This document shows positions 11,191 through 43,640 of a stretch of DNA of 64,000 bases, one piece after another. Each line of letters starts with the position of its first letter. Positions within the stretch are counted from its first letter, which is position 1. The translations under genes and the position numbers were made by a program. The stretch is from assembly GCF_030144855.1 (NCBI RefSeq), contig NC_082723.1, forward strand, positions 39,680,001 to 39,744,000, given 5' to 3'. The notes beneath the pieces were generated by a model. It was not told the DNA's origin. It saw nothing but the letters and a program-made list of their open reading frames with translations, and searched no databases. The DNA is from Hypanus sabinus (taxonomy: Eukaryota).

Positions 11191-13956
11191 AGCTGAGAAA
11201 AGTAGGAAAGTCTCCCTCCGTTAAAAGTTAAACGAATATTTCATAAGATGACTGGCACAGGTTTAACATTATTGAAAGTATTTACATTTTAAACACAAGA
11301 GATACTGCAGACCCTGGAAATCCCGAGCACAATATACAACACTACTGGCGGAACGCAGTCGGTCAGCCGGCATTTTTAACATCGAGGACGTACCAGGACT
11401 GTTCATTTCTTTACAGTTGTCTGCATTAAATCGGAACTATTGTGTGGCTGGCCATTGGTTTTATCATAAACCAGTTGCTAAGCTCAGAATAAGAGATCAA
11501 CACGACTTTGTCCTATCTGGAACTCTTTTTCCACAGATGGTGACTGAGCTGCTGTGTGCTTCCAGGACGTTCTAGTTATAGAATTAATATTTACAGTTTT
11601 CTGTACTGCCGTCTCTGCAATACCCATTTGCACACAGAGGTATTATGGGGGCCCAAAAACCATTAGACTGTTTGCAAAATAAAATAGTGAGGATCTATAC
11701 ATTGCCTGTAATAGGCAGACACTAACATATGCAATTTAATGCAGACAAGTGTAAAGAAACAGAAGGTTAAAGATAGGTAGAGGGAACATTTTGGGAAGGA
11801 AGATAATAGATGGAATTTATATATACAATACTTCAAATGTGACAAGTTGAAATGCAATTGAATGATTACAAATAAGTAATATTTAGTGCCTCTGTTAGAG
11901 GATTGATTTTAATATTGGGTACTGGACTTACAGAAGGATAGCTTGACTTCACACGTTGTTGGATTATGAGTACGGTTATAAGAAGCAGAAACAAACAGGC
12001 TATTTGGCCCTTTATACATGCTTCTGTATTCAACAAAGCCATCACCAAGTCTTTCACTTCTTTTTACTTATTTATTTACTGAGATACATAGGCCCTTCCA
12101 GCCACGCCACCCAGCAATCCCCCCATTTAATCCTGGCCTGATTGTGGTGCAATTTACAACGACTAATTAACCTATCGATTGGTTTATGTCCTTGGATTGG
12201 GGGATGAAACTGAAGCAAACCCACAGGGAGAATATACAGGCAGCAGTGGGAATTGTCGCTGGGACTGTAAACCGTTGTGCTAACCACTACGCCACTGTAC
12301 AACTTCCCTGCAGTATTTCAAATCCCTCATAACCAAAAATCAATTGAACTCTGAAGAATCTTTGTGATTGAACCTCCACAATCTTGTTGGATATATCTAC
12401 TTCCCATTGGGCGAAGACATTTCTTTTCATCTCTTTAACCCCTATGGAGACTGTGACCCATGGTTCTAGACACATCAACTAGAGGAAATATCTTCTGCAT
12501 CTACCCAGTCAAACCTACGAAGAATTTTGCATGTTTCAATGAGACTGCCTAATCTTGCCTCAAACAGCAAATCTGCCACCCAGGAATGAATTTAGTAAAC
12601 CATTGCTGTTTTCCCCATTATCCTCCCTTAGATAGAGAGACCTATCTTGCAGGAATGCACTATAAACTTGGGGTAAGATTTCTAACCCTCTTGAAATTAG
12701 GCACAATACCACATACCTTTATAATTGTTTGCTTTACCTGGATGTCAACTCTCAGTGTCAATTGTACAAGAAACGTTTAGAGGTTCCTCTAAACACCAAC
12801 ACCCTTCAATCCCTCACCATTAAAGAAAATGTTTTACCTTTGTTTCTTTATATTGAAATGGGTGACCACAAAGCTTCGAAGGTCAAATGTAATGTCAGAG
12901 AAATCCAAAGAATGAACAACAGTTAAAAGTGAGAACCCGAAAGTCCCCCCCAGCTCCCCCCTCCCGCGTGTAAACGGCAGCAAGCAACAATTCCCCCCCC
13001 TCACCAGCAGAAATAAACACGCATTGGTACTGTCACCGAGCCCAAGCGTGTGCTAAGCAATAGCAAAGACACAGACCAAAATTACCCCAGTGGCTTCACA
13101 TTTCATCCGATATTCGACAAACCACAGGTTCTCTCTCCCCTGGCAAGGGAGAGGGAGGTGTCCCCCATTTTCACAGCAGGATGTTATTTTTACATTATAT
13201 TCCATGTGCAATCTCATTGCCATTTTATTTAGTCTGTTTCTATCCCTTGAAGCCTCTTTGTATCCTCTTACAAACTACACTGACACCTAGTAGAACATTA
13301 CCACCCTTTGGCCAATGACGTTGTTCCAGCCTTTTAACTTACTTCGAGATCAATCTAACTCTTCCCTCCCACATTGCCCTCCTTTTTTTTCTTAATCCTT
13401 ATGCCTATGTCAGAGTTGGATATGTAGTACTGTGCAAAAGTCTTGGGCATATATATTTAGGGCCTCATTTGGAGGATTGATTTCAATATGGGGTACTGCA
13501 CTTTCAGAAGGATAGCTTGACTTTACACATACTGTGTTGTTGGATTATGAGTACAATTATAAGAAACAGAAGCAAACTGAGGCTATTTGGCCCTTTGTAC
13601 ATGCTTCTGTATTCAACAAAACCATCGCCAGATCTCCCTTCCCCTTGTTCCAACCATGATTCCCCTCTCCCTATCCCCTTCCCACTCTCAGTCCACAATG
13701 GAGACCCATATCAGAATTAGGTTTATCACCACTCTCATATGTCATGTTTTTTTTGTGGCAGAAGTACAGTATTGCAATACCGTTTCGATTCCTGGATGTT
13801 GGGAAGTTTAGGTTAAAAAAAAAGCAGGTGTTTCATTTCATGAGAAAATTCAAATGAGGGGAGTGGTTGATAGAGATGGTTGATCTCTTGAAAATGCTGA
13901 TTCTTTCCTTCTGCCATCAGATTTCTGAACATTGCATTAAATCATAAGCAGTATTT

Positions 13957-14470
13957 CACATTTTAATTCCACGTCCCATTCCCATTCTGACATGTCTATC
14001 CATGGCCTCCTCTATTGTCAAAATGAATCTAAACTCAGGTTGGAGGAACAACACCTTATACACCGGCTGGGTAGCCTCCAACCTGATGGCATGAATATTG
14101 ACTTCTCTAACTTCTGTTAATGCCCCTCCTCCCCTTCTTACCCCATCCCTGACATATTTAGTTGTTTGCCTGTTCTCCATCTTCCTCTGGTGCTCCCCCC
14201 CCCCCCTTCTTTCTTTCTCCTGAGGCCTCCCGTCCCATGATCCTTTCCCTTCTCCAGCCCTGTATCACTTTCTTAGCTCTTAGCTTCATCCCACCCCCTC
14301 CAGTCTTCTATCATTTCGCATTTCCCTCTCCCCCCACTACTTTCAAATCTCTTACTATCTATCCTTTCAGTTAGTCCTGACGAAGGGTCTCGGCCCGAAA
14401 TGTCGACAGCACTTCTCCTTATCGATGCTGCCTGGCCTGCAGTGTTCTACCAGCATTTTGTGTGTGTTGT
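13957..14470 (+). mobile_element. Penelope-like element family A, 3' fragment (young)
   Basis: GIY-YIG C-terminus SHSDMSIHGLLYCQNE..KLRLEEQHLI.RLGSLQPDGMNIDFSNF; pyrimidine-rich UTR; hammerhead at 14372-14408. Confidence 0.85.
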
Positions 14471-14509
14471 TGACAGTATTTCATTATTCCTTTGATTTTG
14501 CACACTTTA

Positions 14510-14924
14510 CAGTACTGTGTAACAGCTTTAGACAGCCGAGATTTTTATCTGGTTTCAGATGGTGTGGCCTCCGCAGGGTCCTGATCTCAACCTCGTTGAG
14601 GCTGTTTGGGATCACCTGGAGAGACAGAAGCAAGCGAGGCAGCCAGAGTCTGCAGAGCAACTGTGGCAATTTCTCCAAGATGCTTGGAACAACCTACCAG
14701 CTGATTTTCTTATCAAACTGCTTAACAGTGTACCTAAGAGAATTGATGCAGTTTTAAGGGCAAAAGGTGGTCACACTTTTGATTTGATTTAGTTATTTTA
14801 AAACTGTTTATAAACTGTTATTTATTGTATTTTTGATATTTTGAAACATTTGATTTCATTATTTTGAAAGCATCTTTACAGTTTTTTTTACAGTACATGT
14901 GCTGAAGACTTTTTCACAAGACTG
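14510..14924 (+). mobile_element. Internally deleted Tc1-like DNA transposon
   Basis: WPPQGPDLNLVEAVWDHLER...RIDAVLRAKGGHT transposase C-terminus; degenerate TIRs CAGT...ACTG flanked by TA. Confidence 0.82.
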
Positions 14925-15120
14925 TAATTCATAGTATTTTAAATTATTTGCACTAATCTTCTGCCACGAAGCAACACATTTGATGATAAATAAGTGGCTG
15001 ATAATAAACCCGATTCTGATTGTGGAAGATGGAGAAAGGGGAGATGTGTATGTGGCAGAAAATGGTGGAAATTAAGAAGGCTGATTTGTTGAACATGGAG
15101 GCAGGTGGAGTGTATGGACA

Positions 15121-15523
15121 GGATCTTTATTTCCCCCCCCCTCTTTTTTTTCTCTCTCTGCCCATCACTCTTTGCCCGTTCTCCATCTCCTTCTGGTGCT
15201 CCCCTCCCCTTTTCTTTCTCCATCGGCCTCCCATCCCATGATCCTTTCCCTTCTCCAGCTCTCTATCCCTTTTGCCAATCACCTTTCCAGCTCTTAGCTT
15301 CACCCCTCCCCCTCCGGTCTTCTCCTATCATTTCGCATTTCCCCCTCCCCCACTACTTTCAAATCTCTTACTATCTTTCCTTTCAGTTAGTCCTGACGAA
15401 GGGTCTCGGCCTGAAACGTCGATAGTGCTTCTCCCTATAGCTGCTGCCTGGCCTGCCGCATTCCACCAGCATTTTGTGTGTGTTGCTTGAATTTCCAGCA
15501 TCTGCAGATTTCCTCGTGTTTGC
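15121..15523 (+). mobile_element. Penelope-like element family A, 3' end (young)
   Basis: Nearly identical to 14160-14470 and 55770-56118; hammerhead at 15388-15424. Confidence 0.85.
15388..15424 (+). ncRNA. Minimal type I hammerhead ribozyme motif within the Penelope-like terminal repeat
   Basis: AGTC-CTGACGA-A-GGG(TCTCGG)CCT-GAA-ACGT-C-GAT: conserved core, stem II, palindromic ACGT stem III and GUC cleavage triplet. Confidence 0.7.
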
Positions 15524-15607
15524 AGGATCTTGGGAACTATCTGTGGGAGGAGAGAGGGTTAGAGCAGACATAGGGGAAAGAAATGAGACAGTCAACGTCT
15601 CTTTCAA

Positions 15608-16180
15608 CTATAGATAGATACTTAATTGACAAAGAAAATTACAGTGTCACAGTAGCATTACAAGTGCACAGATATACAAATATCAGAAGAGAAGTATGAA
15701 AGAATAAAAAAAAATTGCCTCAAACGGTCTTAACAGGAGGGGGTCATCACTTCCCTGGCCAGAGGTTGACTCATTATAGAGCCTAATGGCTGAGGGTAAG
15801 AATGACCTCATATAGCACTCTTTGGATCAGCACAGTTGTCTTAGTCTATTACTAAAATTGCTCCTTTGTTCAGCCAAGGTGGCTCGTAGAGGGTGAGAAA
15901 CATTGTCCAGAATTGCCAGGATTTTCCAAAGAGTCCTTTGCTCAGTCTCAGCCTCCTGTGTGTCGAGTTTGACTCATATAACAGAGCCAGCCTTTCTAAT
16001 CAGTTTATTGAGCCTGTTGACATCACCTGTGTTGATGCCATTGCCCCAGCATAGTAGATTGTACTAGGGACAATAGACCGGTAGAACATGTGAGGGAGAG
16101 GCCTGCATACACCAGAGGACCTTGGTCTGCTCAGGAGGTAGAGGTGATTCTGGCCTTCTTGTACACAGCCACTATGGTGT
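15608..16180 (-). mobile_element. Rex1/Babar-type LINE 3' fragment
   Basis: MFYRSIVPSTIYYA-type reverse-transcriptase C-terminus; (TCTA)n tail. Confidence 0.6.
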
Positions 16181-17009
16181 AGATAGAAGCTGGAATTAAG
16201 TAAAGCAATGAAGACAGATGTACCGGTGTGAAAAGAACTTGCAAATACAGCAGATATAATGGGGGTGGGAGTGGTGAACTGGGAGAATGGAATGTTAACC
16301 TGTAGCACTGGCCAGGGGTATAGCTGAGAGTGATCTGGGAGTCTGTGACTTGCAATGGGTGTTTCATTGCTTACTTATCCTCTGAGAAGGAGATGGAGGA
16401 AGAGGAGAGAATCACAAATGGACCATGTAAAGGTGTGGGCAGGGTGGAAACTGACAGTATAAACCCGAAGGGGTAAGATAGAGGAAATAGTAAATTTTAC
16501 TGCTGGGAGACAGTGACTTAATTTTCCGTGGCGGGGTCAGATTCAGAATCAAACTGGTTTAATGTCATACACACCAGGGTGTAATGAAATTCCTTGCTCG
16601 TTTGAAGCTGGCGGTGTACGTGTTAATAATAAATACTGTACAACAATCCAGAGCAGAACAACAGAATGGTGCAAAGATAGCGGTGCAGTAAGAAATGATA
16701 ATGTGACAATAACCGAATTGCCGAAAGAGATAGAGTTCGAGGACGTGGCAGGTGGACGAAGCCCATGCGAGATCGCGGTAAGTTAGTCAGACCGCCACAA
16801 TTCCGGCCTTTTCAATGTTTTTGACGACCCCTGACTGGGATGCTGTAAGTTCTGTGTGTAGGAGGTCAGCAATTGACTCCTGGGCGATGGAGGAACACAG
16901 CAGGTCAGCCAGCATCTATAGAGGGCACACTGCCTGACCTGCTGCGTTCCCCCAGAGTTTTGTGTTTTATTCCAGATTTCCAACATCGACGGCCCCTCCA
17001 GCATCTTCA

Positions 17010-17138
17010 TCAGCACTTCCGCCTTACGCCTGCCCCTTTAAACCGAACTCTCGCTGCGACATTAAGTAACGCGAGAGCAGGCTCGGGTATTACCCGGCAT
17101 TCTGCGCTCTCGCCCTCTCTCTTTCTCTTCCCCCCGCC
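17010..17138 (+). promoter_or_regulatory. RPL7A: RPL7A promoter and 5'TOP pyrimidine tract
   Basis: ETS-like CACTTCCG ~17014; the tract CTCTCTCTTTCTCTTCCCCCC lies directly before GCCATG; CpG island. Confidence 0.85.
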
Positions 17139-23642
<6,504 letters not shown>

Positions 23643-23670
23643 ATTATGTCGACTGTGCCCATTGTACATA

Positions 23671-23676
23671 AATAAA
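23671..23676 (+). terminator. RPL7A polyadenylation signal AATAAA
   Basis: AATAAA about 30 nt after the stop codon, followed by T-rich sequence. Confidence 0.85.
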
Positions 23677-24799
23677 AGTAGTCATATTTTAACCTCTTTT
23701 TGAGTTGAGACTATCTGGTTGAACTGAGCTTACTCTCGAGTATACTTTAGCTATACAATTTGCCTACCTTCCCTCGCACCTGATTAATGTTTATGAAGAT
23801 TTGTGGTTTAGTCATTGTACCGTTGGAACTTTCACCTTGGTCTTAATCAGGTCAGTCATCAAGGAAGCCTACTTCTATAGATTGTTTTTGCTGTTTGTGA
23901 TCCTACTTCAACTAAAGTTGAAGCACATTTTGATGGAGACTCAAGTTTAAGTACATTTTGAAAGTGTTGAGGAAACATGGCATTTTTATATAGAGTATTT
24001 GAATACTAGAGACTTGGATTAAATATCAACCACACCTTAATAGGTTCCTGTGATTGATTTTGTTGCAGGCCTAATGAGTTGAGCTACTTCATACTTGGAG
24101 TACCAGTGATCAAATTTTTTTCTACTGTAAAGGATATTGGCATTATGGCAGGTAAAGCAGCACCTGTTGTTACCCTGCCCAAAGTTAGCCAGTTATGTCA
24201 CCATTCTTGGTAACTAGGTTTCCTTCCATATAGTAAAGATGTGCTGCTAGGTTAATGGGATAACAAAGGATGTTGACATTGCTGGGAATGAACAGTGGAC
24301 CTAATGGTTTGTCTTCATCTAGTGATACATTTTCCTGGGGTTTTGATCCCTGATGTAAACTTGGGAAACATCGAGCAGTCTGTGCCAAATAATGTTCAAC
24401 TAAACAGTCTGGTGCATTGATGTCTACCTTCACCAAGGCATTGGGAAAATAACGCCAGTTCTTGCCAATGCAAATCCTCAGTTCACTAGCAAATATGCCA
24501 CATATTATGCCCCTTGTTCCATTGGGTTGGATTGTTCTTAAAATCTTTCATGGAAAAATTACTAGAAATATCTACATGAAAAACATTCCAGGATGTTTTT
24601 AAAAATACTGGACTCAATGTTGCCTGGAAATTGATCTTTAGCTCCTTAAAGAATTATTTGCAATTCTGGGAGCCCCAGAGAATGTGTTCCCCATGTTGCA
24701 CCTTTTCATGGTTCCCACAGTTGCCTCATTAGCCATCTTAATTATAGTGAAAGCAACTTATTGACAAGCCAGAGGGCGATTGCTGTTGGAGAAACTAAT

Positions 24800-24805
24800 T
24801 TTATT
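24800..24805 (-). terminator. Candidate SURF1 polyadenylation signal
   Basis: AATAAA on the minus strand about 80 nt after the stop codon. Confidence 0.6.
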
Positions 24806-24885
24806 GGGAATATTAAGTGTGATTGATTGTAACATTTCCATTGGAAAAACCTGGCAAGTTGAATGGAATTCCAGAAGGGACGACT

Positions 24886-38080
<13,195 letters not shown>

Positions 38081-38084
38081 CTTC

Positions 38085-38165
38085 CCGAGGAACCGGAAAC
38101 ACAGCCACGGTTCCGGGTTGCACCCAGCGGGAGGGAGGGAGGGAGGGAGGGAGGGAGGCTGAGGC
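38085..38165 (-). promoter_or_regulatory. SURF1 CpG promoter with ETS-like sites and a (GGGA)n tract
   Basis: CCGGAA at 38093-38098; TTCCGG at 38111-38116; about seven GGGA units at 38129-38158. Confidence 0.6.
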
Positions 38166-38586
38166 TGGAGCAGCCCGGCTGTCTGTCTCCATCCAGGGCA
38201 GCGCTGAACAACGCCTACCCCTCTGCCCAGTTTAATTCTCAATCCCAGGGCTCAGTTAACCACGCTTTGTCTAGTTTGTAAATATGACAGGCGGAGTAGT
38301 CCTGACAGTAGGCCATCTGGGCAGGAGATGCAGCCTGGGGTACATTGTTTTTTAACAAAGGGTACCTAACCACCGTCAACCCGAGGTCGCCCAAATTTCA
38401 GATCAGATCGTCTGAGACAGAATGAGTGAATCAGACACAATGCTTTGTATTGATCATTGTTAAATTCCCCTAGCGACCCAGTGTTCAATGATCAAGTTCA
38501 ATTGCTTTTTCACATCCCGAGGTGAATAAATAGAGGACACTTTTTGACAATTGCAGACAAAGGAAGAGTGACTCAGAGTTGTCAGA

Positions 38587-39591
38587 GTTGGGGATTAATC
38601 ATTTACGACACATAACAGGGAATATTTCTTTACTTCAGGAGGTGTAAATTTTTGACTAATATAATTCTAGAAGGGTTAATTGAAACTACACAATATTGGA
38701 GACTCTCAGCAAATCAGGCCACACCTATAACATGAGAATCAGTTTCAGCAGGTGAAAAGTAACTCACCTTAAGTTAAAATTCTAATCACTGTTCAGTCAC
38801 CTCTGCTGGAAGCGGTAATGTCTGCAAGGCCTTAGCTTCAAAAGCTTAGTGTTATTGGCCACACATCAAATTCTCAACTTTGGGTGCAGTTCTAGAGGCA
38901 TTTGATGTCTGAAAGTTCAGATCACTGCAAGGAGGGAAATAATACATACGAGAATTCTTTCCCGCTTTCATAAATTTTGCTGGACGGTTATACATCCTTT
39001 ATTTTTTGTGGTCAAAGGTAATCATTGACGAATTGGTCTTTTCCCTTTTTTAGTTTTGATTTCGTTTATCCAATGTCTTAGAGACTTATAGTGAAGATTC
39101 ATTGTATTGATCCTTGGGATGAGGAATGGGCAGTATTTTCTGAAATCTAGTTAAATGAGACCTGATCATTTAAAAAATATAAACGTTAAATGGCTTGACA
39201 ATAAACTTCTTGGATAGAAAGGATTTTGTACATTCTCCCATGACTGTGTGGCTTTCCTCAGGGTACTCCAGTTTCCACACCATCCCAAAGACGTATAGGT
39301 TAGTAGGTTAATCGATCACCCAGGTGTAATTGGGTAACACAGGCTCATTTGGCCTGTTGCCATGCTGTATTTCTAAGTAAATAAATGAAGTTTTCAACTA
39401 AGAGTCAGGTTGGGGATTAGTCATTTACGACACATAACAGGGAATATTTCTTTACTTCAGGAGGTGTAAATTTTTGACTAATATAATGCTAGAAGGGTTA
39501 ATTGAAACTACACAATATTGGGGACTCTCAGCAAATCAGGCCACACATATAACATGAGAATCATTTTCAGCAGGTGAAAAGTAACTCACCT
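38587..39591 (+). repeat. 183-bp direct repeat pair (38587-38769 and 39409-39591)
   Basis: Near-identical copies with about five substitutions, offset by 822 bp. Confidence 0.9.
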
Positions 39592-41446
39592 GAAACATCT
39601 CTTTGCACTGTATTGTAGCTACTGAGATACAATGCAGAACAGGCCCTTCTGCACCTTTGAACTGTGCCACCAGCAACCTCTGATTTAACCCTATCCTAAT
39701 CACAGGATTAACCTAATTAATTAACCTACTATCTGGTACATCTTTGGACTGTGGGAGGAAATCGGGGCACCTGTAGGAAACCCGCGCATGCTGCGGGGAG
39801 GACGTACAAACTCCTTACAGAGGGTGTTGGGATTTTTGCTATATTTACATTATCAATAATAACTTACAATTAATTCAAGGGTTAATCCATTTGCAACTGT
39901 TGCTAAACCTAACTACACACATGGTATTCTGTTTTTATCTGCCAGTCACTGGGATTTTGCACACAAAAGACTGTAGATGCTCAGTTTTTAAGTATGTTCA
40001 AGCCTGCTGAGAAATGCTTTGCGCATCGGGGGAAACAAGGCTTGTGGGAAGATGTACAATACTGAAAGCTAACCAAATTTTCATGTAAGTATGAAGGGCA
40101 ATGTGACCCACCCTGGGCCCAGTTAGTTTTTCATTTTCTTCCCAATGATGGCATAATATATTAAAATGACAAAATGTTTCTGTATTTATGTACTAAATTC
40201 ACCAAAGATTGGTGAAATGAGCAAAAAATTGAAATGAAAAGTCAGAAGAAAATATGAAATAGTGTAGGTGAATCATTGTCAACTTATGTGTATAAAATGG
40301 ACCTAGGGAAAGGGAAAAAGAGCAAAGGAAAGTTTGGCTACACACTTCTCTGCCACTTTCGCAAAATAACCATAATGTGTAAAATCACATCTCTTCATGG
40401 TTCATTGGGAGGAGATAATCTGTTTCCATCTTTTCTTCATTAGTTCAAATTTTCCATGTTAAATACTGAATTCGTGCAACCCAGTTTACACGTGCATCCA
40501 AACTCATTTCACATTCTTTCAGTCTGTTTGGTCAGGATATTTGCTGCTGCTTGCTCCATTCACCCGTCTCACAAGATGCACCACGCTGTTTCCACTTCGC
40601 TCGGTCAACTTAACATACGTATAAATGGGGAAAAAAACACTTCTTTCTAATGATAGGGTCTATTCATTGCCTGTCATGAGATAATCATTATATATACCTT
40701 ATTCATAATAACTTCCAACTACTCCAACCAACATGTGTATTTGACTGTCCCATTCTTCTCATATCCTGATAACGCAAAATAAGCTTTCTGTTATGTTATG
40801 GCTGGGATGAAACCATGAGATAACAAGCATAACCTCAACGGTATTCTTAAAACATTTTTTACATTTTCAGTATGTTTTTTATCAAGACGTGTACTCGCTC
40901 CTGCTCTTCCTTTGTTCATCAAAGGGTGACTAAGGAGAAAGTGTCCAACAACCATCATCGGTGAAGTTATCGGTCCGCATTGCAGAGGCTGCAGATTTCT
41001 ACACCAACGCCTACCGTCTGTTTGACTGCGGGAATGCTGGAAGAGTTGAAATGTTATCTCATCTTCCCAGAGACTGCATTTAGAATGATTGAGTTCATGG
41101 CTTTAGGCATCTTCAGTTGGGAATCTATAGCTCTTGTGATCCACAAAATTTTAGAATTACAGCTCTGGGAGCTCACAGTGTTTTGATTCACAACATTTAC
41201 AATATTTCTGTTCCTTTCTTGCCGTTGTCAAACAATAAATGTCTGTGGGAACGGAATCTACTTGCATTCCACTTCAGCTTTGTTTTATTTTCTGCTTTTG
41301 ACTTCTTTTGGTCCATTTGTAATTTTGTTAATTGATTTCAAGGGAAACAAAAAAAAATGTGTGCAATATTACTGATGGGTATCATGAGATGCGTGAGAGC
41401 CTCAAACGCAACATCAGGTCTTTAAACTCTTTGGTATATTCACTTC

Positions 41447-41755
41447 TCATTGAAACCTACCGAATGTTGAAAGGATTAGATAGGATGTATGCAGAGAGGA
41501 TGTTTCCTCTGGTGGGCGTATCCAGAACTGAGCCTCAAATTTGAGGGGAGACCATTTAGAACAGAGGTAAGTAGTAGTGAATCTATGGGATGCTCTGCTG
41601 CAGACTGCGGTGGAGGCCGAGTCTGTGGGTATACTTAAGGTGGAAGTTGATTGTTTCCTGATCAGTCAGGGCATCAAGGGATACGGCAAAAGGGGTTTGG
41701 GGTTGAGTGGGTTCCAGGATCAGCCATGATGGCCTAATTCTGCTCCTATGTCCTA
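41447..41755 (+). mobile_element. CR1 LINE 3' fragment
   Basis: LIETYRMLKGLDRM..ERMFPLVGVSRT; CR1 3' UTR. Confidence 0.75.
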
Positions 41756-42889
41756 TATTAACAAAGGAAGTTAAATTTCACAATTTTCGGGGGCATTTCC
41801 TCTGCCGTGTAATGCCAAGGGAGTGCAATCATGTGCAGTGTACATTAGAATCATGATTTCTGGATTCTGAAACCATGCACCCATTGTTATGCCATGGAGA
41901 AGCACAAACCATAATACAGTAAAACTGGGATATTCCATGGCACTTTTGGGTCAGGAATTTAATTGGTTCTGCATGTGGCTCACTCTTTCAGTTCTTTCAC
42001 TATAAATGGATCTGAGAACAGCATTGTGAACATTGCATGGGTAATTCTGTAGCTGGATTTAAAATTGAGGCTCATGCATGCTTTGACTCTGCTTAAATTC
42101 ACTGATTTTACTGAAAAAAATCTACTGTGTGACTTGTTATACTATGTATGAAATAAATGTGTTGAAATAATATGAGTAACTTCCCCTCCTTTCTTCTGTA
42201 CCCTGTTCTGACCTTCTCGCCTGCCTATCATTTACTCCTTCTCTTTCTCCTATGGTCCACTCTCCTCTCCTATCAGGTTCCTTCTTCTGCAGCCCTTGAC
42301 CTTTCCAACCCATCTGGCTCCACCTATCACCTTCCAGCAAACCTCCTTCTCCTCCCCTCACCTTTTTTTTTATTCTGGCATCTTCCTCCTTCTTTCTCAG
42401 TCCTGAAGAAAGTTTTTGGTGTGAAACATCAACTCCTTATTCATTTCTGTTGATGCTGCCTGCCCTGCTGAGTTCCTCCAGCATTTTGTGTGTATTGCTT
42501 TGGATTTCAAGCATCTGCAGATTTTCTCGTGTTTATGACTAATATTTGATAGTTTGGAAAATCTGCTGCTGTAGTACAATCAAAGTGCTAAGGATTATCA
42601 GAATGTTCCTATATCCTAATTTGGGTCTAATTTGGCCTTCAAGTCATGGGGTAATGGAGTTGATTGATTGAGACACACATCTTTGGGTCATCAAGTAGCA
42701 TGAGGTGGGTAGGTTGAGCAGGGATCATGGTGCACCCTGTAAGGAATGAAGCATTTATCATTGAGATGAGATGCCAAGTATTGGGTCTGAGATGATTCAT
42801 GGCATTGCCTTCTTGCAAACTAACCAGACCCCACAGCTGAATGGTGTAATTTAAACAGAAATAGGGCTGCAAACATGAGATCCTCCCCA

Positions 42890-43640
42890 CTGATTTCCCT
42901 CCTGGTACTTTTCTTCACAAGCGGACCAAGTGCCTCAGCTGCCCCTACATCTCCTCTCACTACCATTTAGGGCCCCAAACAGTTCTTCCAGTTGAGGCAA
43001 CACTTCACCTGCAAGTCTGTTGTGGGTCATCAACTGTATCCAGTGCTCCCAGTGTGGCCTCCTGTACATCGGTGAGACCCAATGTAGATCGGGAGACTGC
43101 TTCACCAAGTGCTTGAAGGTGCCTTCATTGTCTGTACAAAAAGTGGGATCTCCTGGTGGCAACCCATTTCAATTCTACTTCCCATTCCCATTCCGACATG
43201 TCAGTCTCCTCTACTGCCGCAATGAGGCTACACTCAGGTTGAAGGAGCAACTCCTTATATTCCATTGAGGTAGCCTCCAACCTGATGGCATGAACACCAA
43301 TTTTGTGAACTTCCAGCAATTGCACCCCCCCACCCATCGTTCCACCTTTCCTGTTTTCTTCTCTCACCTCCCTCTGGTGCTCCTCTCCCTTCCCTTTCTT
43401 CCATGATCTTCTGTTCTCTCCTATCAGCTTCCCCCTCCTCCAGCCCTTTATTTCTTTCACCAATCAACTTCCCAGCTCTTTACTTCACCCCTCCCCATCT
43501 TCCAGTTTCACCTATCACCTGCACCTTGTACTCTTTCCTCCCCTTCCTTTCCAGTCCTGATGAAGGGTTTCGGCCCAAAATCTCTTTTACATAGGTGCTG
43601 CCTGGCCTGCTGAGTTCTTCCAGCATTTTGTGTGTGTGTC
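42890..43640 (+). mobile_element. Penelope-like family A fragment with GIY-YIG endonuclease (a further tail copy lies at 42180-42535)
   Basis: VINCIQCSQCGLLYIGETQCRSGDCF (GIY-YIG-type LYIGET motif); tail. Confidence 0.85.

Noticed and set aside
40300-41350. Repeat-poor unique sequence as the PPP1R26 terminal exon or PIERCE1
   Set aside because: The minus-strand frames I read are interrupted by stops and I saw no PIERCE1-like motifs. It may be UTR but this cannot be supported.
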